A stretch of 64,000 bases of DNA from Patescibacteria group bacterium (lineage in GTDB: Bacteria > Patescibacteriota > Minisyncoccia > Phycocordibacterales > SIBU01): NCBI GenBank assembly GCA_040390045.1, contig JAZJZC010000001.1, positions 254,318-318,317 on the forward strand, read 5' to 3'. The position numbers and the translations under genes were made by a program. Below are positions 28,796 through 38,869 of this stretch, piece by piece; the stretch's first letter is position 1; every line of letters begins with the position of its first letter. The notes beneath the pieces are model-generated. The model was not told the DNA's origin, did not search any database, and worked only from the letters and a program-made list of their open reading frames with translations.

Positions 28796-28838
28796 AAAAG
28801 CCCCCCGATTCGCAAAGCGAATCGGGGGGCTTTTTTTA
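28796..28838. terminator. bidirectional Rho-independent terminator
   Basis: AAAAAGCCCCCCGATTCGC-AAA-GCGAATCGGGGGGCTTTTTTT between convergent genes; shares its core with the hairpin at 15157. Confidence 0.8.
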
Positions 28839-30581
28839 TTTAAGTGGCGCCGGTTTTTCAATAATAAAATCTCCAAGGGCAAGTGCGTCAATTCCTGAAT
28901 CGAAAAAACAGCGGATGGCTTCTCTCGGCGAACAGGCAATCGGCTCTCCCATGATATTCATCGACGTGTTGAGAAGAACCGGTGTGCCTGTAATTTTTCC
29001 AAACTCAGTTATCAATTTCCAATATCGTGGATTATCTTTCTGGGTGACAGTCTGAGGACGCAAAGTGCCGTCAACATGGACCACCGCGGGCAATTCATGT
29101 TTTCTTTCAGGCTTGCAATCGAATGACGTCACCATAAATTTCTCTGCGCGAGGCTTCACCAAATATTTTTCTTTGACCTCGTCTGCCATTGATGGACAAA
29201 ATGGTCGGAACGCTTCGCGAAACTTTACTCGCGCATTGATGATGTCTTTATTCTCAGCTTTCTTCGGACTCATTAAAATCGAACGATTGCCCAAAGCGCG
29301 CGGACCAGATTCCATTCGTCCTTGAAACCAGGCGATGATTTTGTCTTCAGAAAGCATGTGAGCCACCTCGGAACAAACGTCGTTTGATTTGCGATACTGC
29401 AATCGGCGTTCCTTTAAAATTTTCTCAATCTCGTCATTTGAATATTCAGGCCCCCAGTACAAATGATCCGCCACAGGATTTTTCAAATGTCCTCCCTCAC
29501 TTGCCACAAAAAGCGCCGCTCCGAGTGGCAACCCCGCGTCTCCTGGATTTGGATATGGATGATGAGTTTCTACTTTTCCCGACTGCCAAATTCTTTGATT
29601 GAGCTTAACGTTGAGGAAAATTCCACCAGATGTCGCCAAAATTTTGGTGTCCTCTTTGCTAAGCCACGGCAAAACAAATTCCATCGCTTGCTCTTCAAGC
29701 ACCCTCTGGGCTTCAGCGGAAACATCTTCCTTGCCATACTTTTTTACAATTTCGGCAATGCGGAGGGCCTCATCAGAATGCCAGTGAATCGAACCGAGCA
29801 ATTTAAATTCTTTAGTTTCCGGAAAGTTGTACGGCTTCACCAATTCTCCATTTTTAAATTCAGGATAAAAACCATCTAACACTCCGCGAACTTTTGAGAG
29901 GTCACCGTACGGCGCAAGCCCCATAGTTTTTCCCTCGCCATCTCCATGCCACCAGCCGATAGCCTCAGTGACATTGCTGTAAAACCAACCAAGTGAACTT
30001 TTAAAATCATATTTAACGAGCGGATAAATTTTACCATTCTCCCCTCTCCAAATGCACGATGATTTACCGTCACCTGATCCGTCCATGGTGGCGATAACCA
30101 TTTTCCGATTATCATTTGCGGTAAAGTAGGCGCCAGCGGCATGGGCTAAGTGATGTTCAACAAACGTAACCTTGGGAAGTTTTTCAAGAAAAAAATCTCG
30201 GCAGTACAGAGGTGTTCGTAGGCCGGTACTCGGACGATTGCCGAAAAATAAACTGCGGACGATTCGCTTGCCGGAGAGGTAGATTTTTTCTTTCAGATTT
30301 TCTGCCGGTTTTTCGGGAATAGCTACTTTCAAACCAAAAATACATTCGAGCTGATCGCCAACCGCCAATCCCGCGACCGCGATCTCATCGATTTCTCGCG
30401 CAGAAATACCTGCCATTTTTAAACAAAATTTAATTGAGGCGAACGGCAAATCACTTGAATGCTTAACGTGATTAAAACGCTCCTCGGAAACATCGGCTAC
30501 AATCTGACCGTCAACAATAATCGCCGCACCCGCGCCGTGTCCAAAATGGAGTCCCAAAATAGTGTATTTTTTCTTACTCAT
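28836..30581 (-). CDS. carbamoyltransferase, NodU/CmcH (TobZ-like) family
   Basis: N-terminal YTILGLHFGHGAGAAIIVDG and a large YrdC/Kae1-like fold typical of O-carbamoyltransferases; ATG at 30581. Confidence 0.7.
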   Translation of the reverse strand: MSKKKYTILGLHFGHGAGAAIIVDGQIVADVSEERFNHVKHSSDLPFASIKFCLKMAGISAREIDEIAVAGLAVGDQLECIFGLKVAIPEKPAENLKEKIYLSGKRIVRSLFFGNRPSTGLRTPLYCRDFFLEKLPKVTFVEHHLAHAAGAYFTANDNRKMVIATMDGSGDGKSSCIWRGENGKIYPLVKYDFKSSLGWFYSNVTEAIGWWHGDGEGKTMGLAPYGDLSKVRGVLDGFYPEFKNGELVKPYNFPETKEFKLLGSIHWHSDEALRIAEIVKKYGKEDVSAEAQRVLEEQAMEFVLPWLSKEDTKILATSGGIFLNVKLNQRIWQSGKVETHHPYPNPGDAGLPLGAALFVASEGGHLKNPVADHLYWGPEYSNDEIEKILKERRLQYRKSNDVCSEVAHMLSEDKIIAWFQGRMESGPRALGNRSILMSPKKAENKDIINARVKFREAFRPFCPSMADEVKEKYLVKPRAEKFMVTSFDCKPERKHELPAVVHVDGTLRPQTVTQKDNPRYWKLITEFGKITGTPVLLNTSMNIMGEPIACSPREAIRCFFDSGIDALALGDFIIEKPAPLK

Positions 30582-30680
30582 TTTAAAATTCTTAATCCAA
30601 GAAATCGTATCACAGGATGTGTTCCCCAGCAAAATTTCAACTTTTTATATTCCTCCACTTATGCTAAATTGTTGTGACTT

Positions 30681-31958
30681 ATGCATATCGGGTTCTATTT
30701 CGAAAGTGTAAAACAAGAAGGTGGCGCCTACCAAGTAGCGCTCAACCACCTCGAAGCCCTCCGTGACATACAAAATCACGAATTTATTATCTTTAACACT
30801 TCGCTCGATTTTCCCTTTGATGATTTTAAAAATCTGCCAAATTTTAAAATTATTGATCTCATTAAACGTCCGAAAAACAAAACCGAGGAAAACCCTTCTC
30901 CCACAAGCACTGCTCAAAAAAAGCAAAACCTAAAAAGAAAAGTGGTTTTGTTTTTTTTGGATATTTTAAGGTTTTTTCATCTCTACCGACTGGAAAATTT
31001 TCTAGCCAGATTTAAAGCTCGAGCTCGAGCGAAAATTTTTGACGGCTATGGACTCGACCTTTTGTTGTTCCATGGTACGTCTGAACTTTCGATTTATACC
31101 AACATTCCATCAGTCGTTATTATTCACGACATTCACCACCGCCTCTATCCGCAATTTCCTGAAATGTCTGAAAAAGGTCAGTGGACTAAACGAGAATATA
31201 CCTACAGCCGCATCGACAAAAACACTTTCAGAATTTACGTTGATTCCGAAGTAGGAAAAGAAGATTTAGCACGCGTCTACAACATTGACCCGAAAAAAAT
31301 TGTCATCCTGCGTCCCCTGCCGCCTCCGTATATTCGAACGGAAATTTCGCAATCCGAACTTGTAGAAATTCGCAAAAAATATAATTTACCGGAAAAATTT
31401 CTGTTTTACCCCGCGCAATTTTGGCCACATAAAAATCACAAAAACTTAGTGCTTGCGGCAAAAATTCTCCGCGACCAAGGCGTTACTGTTCCTATCGTTC
31501 TTGTTGGATCGAAAAAAGAGCTCTGGGGAGAATATGATCGAGTGGTCAACCTCGTTAAAGAAAGTGGATTGGAAAGACAAGTCCTATTTCTAGGCTTCGT
31601 CCCAATTGAAGACATTTCGCCGCTGTATCGCCTCGCCACCGGACTTATCATGCCGGTCTATGTCGGTTGGACCTACGTACCGATTGTTGAGGCTTGGGCC
31701 ATGGAGTGTCCTATAATTTATTCGACTGCGCGCGGTTGTAGAGAACAAGGAGGAGATAGCGCTCTGTACGTTGACCCGTACAAACCAGAAGACATCGCTC
31801 TAAAAATAAAAGAATTTTGGCAGAATCCGCAACTGAGAGCGACACTTATTGAAAACGGCAAGCTACGCTTGGCAGCTTGGACGAGAAAAGATTTTAACAG
31901 TACAATTGAGAACGTCATCAATGAATTCGAACAACAAAAACACCATTCCAGTAAATGA
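30681..31958 (+). CDS. GT4 family glycosyltransferase
   Basis: C-terminal GFVPIEDISPLYRLATGLIMPVYVGWTYVPIVEAWAMECPII (E-x7-E region). Confidence 0.6.
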   Translation: MHIGFYFESVKQEGGAYQVALNHLEALRDIQNHEFIIFNTSLDFPFDDFKNLPNFKIIDLIKRPKNKTEENPSPTSTAQKKQNLKRKVVLFFLDILRFFHLYRLENFLARFKARARAKIFDGYGLDLLLFHGTSELSIYTNIPSVVIIHDIHHRLYPQFPEMSEKGQWTKREYTYSRIDKNTFRIYVDSEVGKEDLARVYNIDPKKIVILRPLPPPYIRTEISQSELVEIRKKYNLPEKFLFYPAQFWPHKNHKNLVLAAKILRDQGVTVPIVLVGSKKELWGEYDRVVNLVKESGLERQVLFLGFVPIEDISPLYRLATGLIMPVYVGWTYVPIVEAWAMECPIIYSTARGCREQGGDSALYVDPYKPEDIALKIKEFWQNPQLRATLIENGKLRLAAWTRKDFNSTIENVINEFEQQKHHSSK

Positions 31959-33054
31959 ATCTATCATTTCTGATGAAGCAAAAAAAAACGTGGCGGAAGC
32001 GCTCTCTTCTGGTTGGCTTTCTTCTGGCGGCCCGTTTGTAGGAAAATTTGAAACAGACTTTGCAAAATATTTTGGAACCAAACATGCAGTCACGGTAACA
32101 AACGGCGGCGCAGCGCTCCACATTGCACTCCTTGCGCTTAACATAGGAAAAGGCGACGAAGTAATCGTGCCAGCGTTTACTATGGCTGCGCCGTGGTTTG
32201 CCGTCATGTACACCGGAGCTACTCCAGTTTTTGTAGACTGCGAACTTGAAACTTTTAATATTGATCCGGGCAAAATCGAAGCCAAAATTACTCCAAAAAC
32301 CCGAGCTATTATTCCCGTACACATTTATGGTCACTCCTGCGATATGGATCCGATTCTAGCGATTGCCAAGAAACACAAACTCTTTGTAATAGAAGACGCT
32401 GCGGAAGCTCACGGAGGAGAGTACAAGGGGAAATTATGTGGCGCCATGGGAGATTTTGGTTGTTTTAGTTTTTATGCTAATAAAATTATCAGTACGGGTG
32501 AAGGTGGCATGGTCATCACAAACAACACCGACTGGGCAGAAAAAGCGAGACAACTAAAATCCTATAATTTTTCAAAAGCCAAGAGATTCATTCACGATGA
32601 AATTGGTTACAACTACCGCATGGGAAATCTTCAAGCGGCGGTTGGTTGCGGAGAGTTGGAAAATCTTTCTGTCTACCTAGAAAAAAAAGAACAGATGGCG
32701 CAGAGATATAATAATGGATTATCAAAAATCGCTGGTTTACGTTTACCGATCACTAAGCCTGACGTAAAAAACGTCTACTGGATGTACGCGGTACTCGTTG
32801 ATGAAAAAACTTTTGGCATGAACAGAAACGAATTGCGAAGTAAATTGCTCGAAAAAAATATTGATACCCGAGATTTCTTTTATGCTCCAGAAGATCAGCC
32901 GGTTCTCAAGGACTTACTGAAAAACGAAAAGTTTCCCAACGCCAAGTACGCTGGTGATCACGGACTCTACCTGCCTTCAGGGCTCGCCATTACCGACGAG
33001 CAAATTGAAGCTGTCATACAGGCTATTAAAGAAATTTATGAGAAACAAAATTAA
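31921..33054 (+). CDS. DegT/DnrJ/EryC1/StrS-family sugar aminotransferase
   Basis: AVTVTNGGAALHIAL and FSFYANKII (PLP lysine present); ATG at 31921, overlapping the upstream gene. Confidence 0.75.
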   Translation: MNSNNKNTIPVNESIISDEAKKNVAEALSSGWLSSGGPFVGKFETDFAKYFGTKHAVTVTNGGAALHIALLALNIGKGDEVIVPAFTMAAPWFAVMYTGATPVFVDCELETFNIDPGKIEAKITPKTRAIIPVHIYGHSCDMDPILAIAKKHKLFVIEDAAEAHGGEYKGKLCGAMGDFGCFSFYANKIISTGEGGMVITNNTDWAEKARQLKSYNFSKAKRFIHDEIGYNYRMGNLQAAVGCGELENLSVYLEKKEQMAQRYNNGLSKIAGLRLPITKPDVKNVYWMYAVLVDEKTFGMNRNELRSKLLEKNIDTRDFFYAPEDQPVLKDLLKNEKFPNAKYAGDHGLYLPSGLAITDEQIEAVIQAIKEIYEKQN

Positions 33055-33877
33055 GAAAATTTTTTTAGCAATTACTCCACCAGCCGCGGTACTGCTGGCT
33101 AAAAAAATTTTCGCTCGGAGCCAATATGAATACACCGGCGACTTTGCCAATTGGGAAACTGCGTACAAACAATCAAGCGGCTATGACGATGGTGCAGTTT
33201 TTGAAAAAGTAAAAAAAGCCAGACTACGGGTGCTTTCAGGAGAAAAGAAATACGAGCGAGATTCTGTGGTTTTTGATTCAGTTCAATACTTTTGGCCACT
33301 CCTCTCTGCACTCCTCTTTGCTGCGGCGGAAGAAAAGGGACGACTTTCCGTACTTGATTTTGGAGGCTCTCTCGGTTCAACCTATTTTCAAAACCTAAGC
33401 TTTTTAAAAAATCTCCCGAGTCTTTCTTGGGGTGTTGTAGAGCAAAAACATTTCGTGGAATTCGGAAAAAAATCAGTCGCCAATCCCTCACTGTCATTTT
33501 TTGAAACCATAGAAGAATGTGCCACACAGCTGAAACCGAATGTTGCTCTGTTCTCCAGTTCGATCCAATACCTAGAACGTCCGTACGAAATTTTAGAAAA
33601 AATAAAAAAATTAGGTCTCCCCTACTTAATCTTTGACCGAACAACTATTCTTGATTTCGAACCAGATCGAATTACCCTGCAAACTATTTCCAAAAGAATT
33701 TACGACGCTTGTTTCCCAACGTGGTTTTTAAGCCGTGAAAAATTAATTTCATTTCTCAACGATTCGTATGAGCACATCGAGGAGTGGCCTTCTCTCGGAG
33801 ATCCACTGGCCCTTTCGAGAGCAACAGGACGATATAAAGGTTTCCTGTTTAAACTTAAAAATAAACCGAACCTCTAA
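33038..33877 (+). CDS. putative methyltransferase (TIGR04325/LIC12133-like)
   Basis: NWETAYKQSSGYDDGAVFEKVK and VLDFGGSLGSTYFQ resemble that family; ATG at 33038. Confidence 0.5.
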   Translation: MRNKIKKIFLAITPPAAVLLAKKIFARSQYEYTGDFANWETAYKQSSGYDDGAVFEKVKKARLRVLSGEKKYERDSVVFDSVQYFWPLLSALLFAAAEEKGRLSVLDFGGSLGSTYFQNLSFLKNLPSLSWGVVEQKHFVEFGKKSVANPSLSFFETIEECATQLKPNVALFSSSIQYLERPYEILEKIKKLGLPYLIFDRTTILDFEPDRITLQTISKRIYDACFPTWFLSREKLISFLNDSYEHIEEWPSLGDPLALSRATGRYKGFLFKLKNKPNL

Positions 33878-34938
33878 GCTTTTTCTAAAATATTTTTTAC
33901 CTGTTCGGTTAGGACCGCGCTCGCGCATCGAGTCTTGTATAACTCTTGAGCGCCTAAAGAAATCTGGGCTCTGAGCACAGAATTTTTCTGTAACTCCATT
34001 ATTTTTTCAGCGAGCGCTTCGGGATTTTCAGCCGGTACAAAAAGCGCGTTTACTCTATCCGTCAAAAGTTCGCGGTTACTTTTTGAATCGCGGGTAATAA
34101 ATGGCAGGCCAAGGGCCAGCGCTTCAAAATTTTTATTCTGAATGGTTCGATCGAGGCGTTCGTGATTGCTAAATTGTCCGAGCATTACCTCTGCCGCAAG
34201 CATCGTTTTGCGCAACTCCTCCGTTGAAAGAAAATGAGTAATGAGGGTGACGTTCGACAAATCATATTCCACCATCAAATTCTTAACACTCGTCTGGATC
34301 GGCTCCCCCCATCCAATGATCACAAATTTCACCCTCGCACTTTTCAAAACCCTAGCCGCTTCTATGACAACCAAAACTCCGGTCGCTGGTAAAAACATGC
34401 CGCGAAAAACTACCGTAAACTGAGGATTTTTCTTCACGGTAGGATCAGGATAAAAAACAGCTTCATCAACTCCGGTAAAAACCACTTCGAGTTTGCTCGG
34501 ACTCACGAAAAAATTCTGAGCAATAAAAAGTTTCTGCTGTTCACTCTCAACCAAGATCACATCAGAAAAATAAAAAGCAAAAATATCAGCAATTTTGATT
34601 ATCCAGGCTTTTACAGAAGACTGCGGGTAGATTTCCCTATCAAGCACTGACCGGTCATACCAAGAATCGAGCGCATTAAAAACAATTTTCTTCTTGGACA
34701 AAAACCAAGCCAAGGGTAGTAGCATGGTACTCAAATATCCAACCCATAAAATATCGTACTGACCTTTAAGCGCCTGATGTTTTTTGGCTAATTGAAAAAA
34801 TTTTTTAATCCCGCGAGAATTATCAACACATTCAATGACCGTGTATCCAAGTTTTTTTAGGCCCTCCAAATACACCCGATCGCGAGGAGCGGTGGGATTA
34901 TACATTCCGAAATAACAAATAGTTTTTTGAGGATTCAT
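33874..34938 (-). CDS. glycosyltransferase (GT4-like, GT-B fold)
   Basis: Two-domain GT-B-like organisation, C-terminal FVPAENPEALAEKI. Confidence 0.5.
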   Translation of the reverse strand: MNPQKTICYFGMYNPTAPRDRVYLEGLKKLGYTVIECVDNSRGIKKFFQLAKKHQALKGQYDILWVGYLSTMLLPLAWFLSKKKIVFNALDSWYDRSVLDREIYPQSSVKAWIIKIADIFAFYFSDVILVESEQQKLFIAQNFFVSPSKLEVVFTGVDEAVFYPDPTVKKNPQFTVVFRGMFLPATGVLVVIEAARVLKSARVKFVIIGWGEPIQTSVKNLMVEYDLSNVTLITHFLSTEELRKTMLAAEVMLGQFSNHERLDRTIQNKNFEALALGLPFITRDSKSNRELLTDRVNALFVPAENPEALAEKIMELQKNSVLRAQISLGAQELYKTRCASAVLTEQVKNILEKA

Positions 34939-36404
34939 TTTGTAACTTTAGTGCGTGTATAGACACTATACCCGTGAACGGCTGGAATTTCCACGTACTG
35001 CTCACGTAAAACTTTTTCTCCGGCTTTAGCAAACTGATTATTTGGATCAGTCACAATCACCTCCGGTGGAACTTTCATAAGAACAGGATTTTCGCCAACA
35101 ATCGGTAAGCCTGCGTTATAAAACGTGAGATACGAATACGACGGATCAAGTAGCACGGAAAGCTCCAAGGCATTAAGCAAACCAATAGTTTCTCCAGGAA
35201 ATTTCTCTTCGATGTACTGCGCCATCTTTAAATCATCATCGCCGAAAAAAACTTGAGCAACCGTAAACATTTGAACAAATTGAAATACAATTAAAATACC
35301 TAATATTGAACTTGTAATAAGTTTTTCACTAATCGAAATTTTCTGAAATTTTTCTTTGAAGTACGAAACCGCGAGCGCGATAGCTTTCGGTAGAATAAAA
35401 AGAATTAAAAGTTCGGCAATTAAAATGTAGCGCAACCAACCAGGCGACCGCAGGTAGTAGATAAAAGCCAAAACCGAATATATAAGCGTAAAGGTAAAAA
35501 GTGGTTTTAATTTTTCTTCTTTCAAAATAATTCTTGCGCCGACAATAAGCAGAAAAAATAGGCCGAAATAAATGAGAGTTGAAGAATGGAAAAATCCCGC
35601 GAGGTTGTTTGCCACGTTTTCCGAGATGGAAGAACTGAAGGGATTTTTATAAAAATTGCTCAGTCCAATCCAAGTTTCAGAGGTGAAAGGTTTTGGAATT
35701 AAAATCAAAATCCAGAGAAGTCCGGCGGGGATCATGCCGAGGCCAAGCATCAAGATTTTTCTAAAAAACCCTCTCCATTCAAAAAGAAACGTTACCACAA
35801 TTGCTGGAATGATCAGTCCAAAGACTGAAGGCTTGGCCACCACGGCGAGTCCCCACAAAAGTCCCGCCACAAAATATTTTTGTTTTTCAAGTAAAAAGTA
35901 AAAACCAGCCAAAAGAAATGCAAATCCAGGAATTTCTCCAACTACAGTTCGTCCACTTCCATAAAATGACGCAAAGCTGGCGATGAGCAATAAACTTCCC
36001 CACGCCTGCTCTTTTGAAAATAACTTCTTGGCCAGAAAAAAAACTGCCGATAGTAGAATTAAAATCCAAAGCACCATAAACGTCCGCGCTTGATAGATAC
36101 CGTAACCAAAGATTTTGAAAAATCCGGCCAGAGAAATGGTAACCGGGTAACCAGTCGACTGAATAAACGCCGGCGGTTCAAAAAAAGTATTCGGAGAAAT
36201 TTGAGGACTGAGCACGCCATGAGTAAGGAAACTTCTCGCGATACTGATACTAATCGCTTCATCAATCCAGAGCCGAGGCTTAGTCACAAGCGTTGAAACA
36301 GAAAAAATTATGACAAAAATAATTGTTGCTAAAAAAACAATAATTGAAACATGTTCTGAAAAAAATTGTCGAACTGTTTTTCGCGGAATTTGTTCTTCTA
36401 ACAT
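34935..36404 (-). CDS. GT-C fold membrane glycosyltransferase (ArnT/PMT-like, GT39/83)
   Basis: 489 aa with more than 10 TM segments; the N-terminal loop with a WIDEA motif is typical of polyprenyl-phosphate-sugar-dependent GT-C enzymes. Confidence 0.6.
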   Translation of the reverse strand: MLEEQIPRKTVRQFFSEHVSIIVFLATIIFVIIFSVSTLVTKPRLWIDEAISISIARSFLTHGVLSPQISPNTFFEPPAFIQSTGYPVTISLAGFFKIFGYGIYQARTFMVLWILILLSAVFFLAKKLFSKEQAWGSLLLIASFASFYGSGRTVVGEIPGFAFLLAGFYFLLEKQKYFVAGLLWGLAVVAKPSVFGLIIPAIVVTFLFEWRGFFRKILMLGLGMIPAGLLWILILIPKPFTSETWIGLSNFYKNPFSSSISENVANNLAGFFHSSTLIYFGLFFLLIVGARIILKEEKLKPLFTFTLIYSVLAFIYYLRSPGWLRYILIAELLILFILPKAIALAVSYFKEKFQKISISEKLITSSILGILIVFQFVQMFTVAQVFFGDDDLKMAQYIEEKFPGETIGLLNALELSVLLDPSYSYLTFYNAGLPIVGENPVLMKVPPEVIVTDPNNQFAKAGEKVLREQYVEIPAVHGYSVYTRTKVTK

Positions 36405-36522
36405 TGCACCATCATAGTCAAAAAAAACTACTCCTGCAATAACGTATTGGTTAATAAGATTGTTTTGACTTCATTTTTTTCATGTGATAGTTTGGCAACA
36501 GAATAGAAAACTAAAAATAAAA

Positions 36523-36999
36523 ATGAAAAGGTACAAAAAAAACCTCTGGGTTCGGATCATTGAAAAACTGGACGACGACTTTCTCGGCATCTGTCCACTC
36601 TGGGTCGCCTTAGTTTTATGCGCTTTAGTCATCTCAGCCGTTTGCGGGTTCTATTGGGTTTCCAAACCCCTCGCACCCGCCGATGAACGATTTGGAGGCG
36701 TTGTTGCTATTCTAAACAAGGATAGCGGCGCACAGGGCAGGAACCTATACCGATTTGCGACACAACTCACAAACTCAATGGAAATATCCTTGAGAGATGC
36801 TTCCACAGAAAATATTCGCTTTTTTGCAGACGTGCCGGCCAGCGAGCCGATGTGGTACATCGAAAAAAAAGTAAGATTCCACCTTTGTGTTGGAGTTCCA
36901 TACGCAATTGAGGTTCACATCCACTCGCCTCGTGACCTTCCTGGGGTCGGGTTAGAATTAAACCCTCGCGGTAACCGCCAAGTTCTCGCCTTCGAGTAA
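36523..36999 (+). CDS. hypothetical membrane-anchored protein (GC-rich island)
   Basis: Single N-terminal TM segment, GC-rich; a terminator follows. Confidence 0.35.
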   Translation: MKRYKKNLWVRIIEKLDDDFLGICPLWVALVLCALVISAVCGFYWVSKPLAPADERFGGVVAILNKDSGAQGRNLYRFATQLTNSMEISLRDASTENIRFFADVPASEPMWYIEKKVRFHLCVGVPYAIEVHIHSPRDLPGVGLELNPRGNRQVLAFE

Positions 37000-37004
37000 A
37001 TTTC

Positions 37005-37042
37005 CTAGGCAGATGATCCAATCGGATTGTCTGCCTATTTTC
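37005..37042 (+). terminator. Rho-independent terminator
   Basis: TAGGCAGAT...GTCTGCCTA stem followed by TTTTC. Confidence 0.5.
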
Positions 37043-37077
37043 TATACTATTTAATTTGTTAAAACCTCTCTTTCTCT

Positions 37078-37103
37078 ATGTAACCTTTCGAGCGAAAGGT
37101 TAT
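37078..37103. repeat. 26-nt palindromic element ATGTAACCTTTCGAGCGAAAGGTTAT (left copy)
   Basis: Perfect internal inverted repeat AACCTTTCG-AGC-CGAAAGGTT; a near-identical copy lies at 37898..37925. Confidence 0.75.
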
Positions 37104-37184
37104 AACTTAAAATTTGACAAAACAATAATTTTCGTGTTATCGTGGCGCGAGTCACTTCGAAAAATTCAACTGAGAAAGGCCAGT

Positions 37185-37808
37185 ATGGCTAGTCTTTGGT
37201 ATGCACTTTTCAGCTGGGATGTACCGACCGCAACCCATCAAGAACTTGCCACTGCCCACGCGATCGTAACGCAAGCTCACGGGAGAATGAGGAACGGAAG
37301 TGCTGGGCCAGGAAATCGAATCATGGCAAATGTCACCCGGCTTCTGCACTACCAATTTCCTCATCTTCCAATTATGCCACAAGAGGATGTGGCGTTGGCC
37401 GATCCCACACTTCCCTATTACACCGTCATTGGTGGATTACGGGACACTCGCTGCTTCATGGCAACCGTCGCCAAGAAACACAACACCACGGACGGCGGAT
37501 CTGCAACCGGTGCCTCGAACATGCAATGGAACACTCACGCCATTGCACGAGCCCAAGCGGAAATCTGCAAGCAAAATGGTTGGACGAGGATCATTGTGGT
37601 TGCGTTTCCGATACATTGGGGACGAGCCGCAGCGGTCTACCGGAAACTGGGGTTGACCCCTCTCATGGCTGAGATGCCTGCAGATCTCGGAGCCTACATG
37701 CATCCATATCTGATTCCCAGCGGCCTGCTTGGAATTCAAACTGTCAGCAAGTTCCGAAAGCGAGAACTGCTCTGCCGAATTCTTTTCTGGCTCAAGAATT
37801 GGATTTGA
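37185..37808 (+). CDS. DUF218/YdcF-like protein (GC-rich island paralog 2)
   Basis: IIVVAFPIHWGRAAAVYRKLG motif; GAAAGG RBS before ATG 37185; strongly GC-rich. Confidence 0.4.
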   Translation: MASLWYALFSWDVPTATHQELATAHAIVTQAHGRMRNGSAGPGNRIMANVTRLLHYQFPHLPIMPQEDVALADPTLPYYTVIGGLRDTRCFMATVAKKHNTTDGGSATGASNMQWNTHAIARAQAEICKQNGWTRIIVVAFPIHWGRAAAVYRKLGLTPLMAEMPADLGAYMHPYLIPSGLLGIQTVSKFRKRELLCRILFWLKNWI

Positions 37809-37833
37809 AAATTCGTCTTCGCACCATATCGCA

Positions 37834-37869
37834 AGCGCCGATCCAAGATTTGGTTCGGCGTTTTTTTCT
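37834..37869 (+). terminator. Rho-independent terminator
   Basis: GCGCCGATCCAA-GAT-TTGGTTCGGCG followed by TTTTTTTC. Confidence 0.65.
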
Positions 37870-37897
37870 TAAAAGTTTTGCATAACTTCTTTACCAC

Positions 37898-37925
37898 ATG
37901 TAACCTTTCGAGCGAATGGTTACAT
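37898..37925. repeat. 26-28 nt palindromic element ATGTAACCTTTCGAGCGAATGGTTACAT (right copy)
   Basis: Direct repeat of the element at 37078 with one mismatch in the core; the two copies bracket the GC-rich DUF218 gene and its terminator. Confidence 0.75.
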
Positions 37926-38090
37926 AGAGAAATGCGAGATAAAAAACTAAATTTATTTTTTATTTCAAAATAGAATTTTTGCAGTCAGATGCAGTTCGAG
38001 GCGCAAGTGATTTTGCGACTAAAACGTATTCATATACGTGGCAGGAGCAAAATCGTGAAGCAACGAAGAAGGGCGCTGACTGCAAAAGTT

Positions 38091-38804
38091 CTAACCGAAA
38101 AACCACTTCATCCACGTCGAAAAAATAAACCACAAAATTCTCGCTCCCCATTTCACAAGGTCATACCAATGACCAGTCAGTGTCGATTCCCCTACGCGCT
38201 CGCCAAACGTAATTGGAATTTCAATGAATTTAATTTTTCTGGAAACCACGAGAAGTAAAAGTTCGGTGGCGAAAAGCGCGTTGGTAGTTTTCCAATGTGG
38301 AGCGAGCTCACGTAAAACTTCTTTGTGAAATAATTTACAGGTACATCCGACATCCGTCAGAGAATTGGTACCGAAAAGTACTTCGATAATTTTCGCTTCA
38401 AACACGTCAGCCATTTTCCTGAGAAAACCCATCGAAGCGCCGTGTAAAATGGCGCTCTGGTTGGTGCGTGTTCCAACCACCACCGGAAAATCTTGGGCGT
38501 ACACTAAAAATCGTTCGAGGTCAGATGCGAGGTAAGTCCCGTCGGGTTCTGATAAAAAAATGTAATCCCCTGTGGCTTCAGTAATCCCGCGCTGGTAGCC
38601 ATATCCATACCCTTGTTTAGTTTCGTGAATAAGTCGGGCTCGAGTTTTTTTCACTTCTTCATCCGTTCCAGCCTCAGCATTGTTATTGATGACAACAACT
38701 TCATCGACAAACCCAGTCGCAAAATAATCTTCGATTGATTGTCGAATTGAAGCTTTTTCTTTGAACGTGGAAAAAACCACTGAAACTTTTTTATTTTTCC
38801 ACAT
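38091..38804 (-). CDS. GT2 polyprenyl-phosphate glycosyltransferase (Dpm1/ArnC-like)
   Basis: VSVVFSTFKE..., DEVVVINNN, YIFLSEPDGTY; 237 aa with a C-terminal TM region. Confidence 0.7.
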   Translation of the reverse strand: MWKNKKVSVVFSTFKEKASIRQSIEDYFATGFVDEVVVINNNAEAGTDEEVKKTRARLIHETKQGYGYGYQRGITEATGDYIFLSEPDGTYLASDLERFLVYAQDFPVVVGTRTNQSAILHGASMGFLRKMADVFEAKIIEVLFGTNSLTDVGCTCKLFHKEVLRELAPHWKTTNALFATELLLLVVSRKIKFIEIPITFGERVGESTLTGHWYDLVKWGARILWFIFSTWMKWFFG

Positions 38805-38869
38805 AAGACTGTAATTTTAGTACATAAAAAAATAGCGCACAACTAGGTTGCGCGCTAAACAAAAATATT

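Noticed and set aside
37078-37925. Integron attC interpretation of the 26-nt palindromes
   Set aside because: At 26 nt they are much shorter than attC sites (57 nt or more) and lack clear R''/R' core sites. No intI is in the window. I keep them as a generic palindrome-flanked cassette instead.
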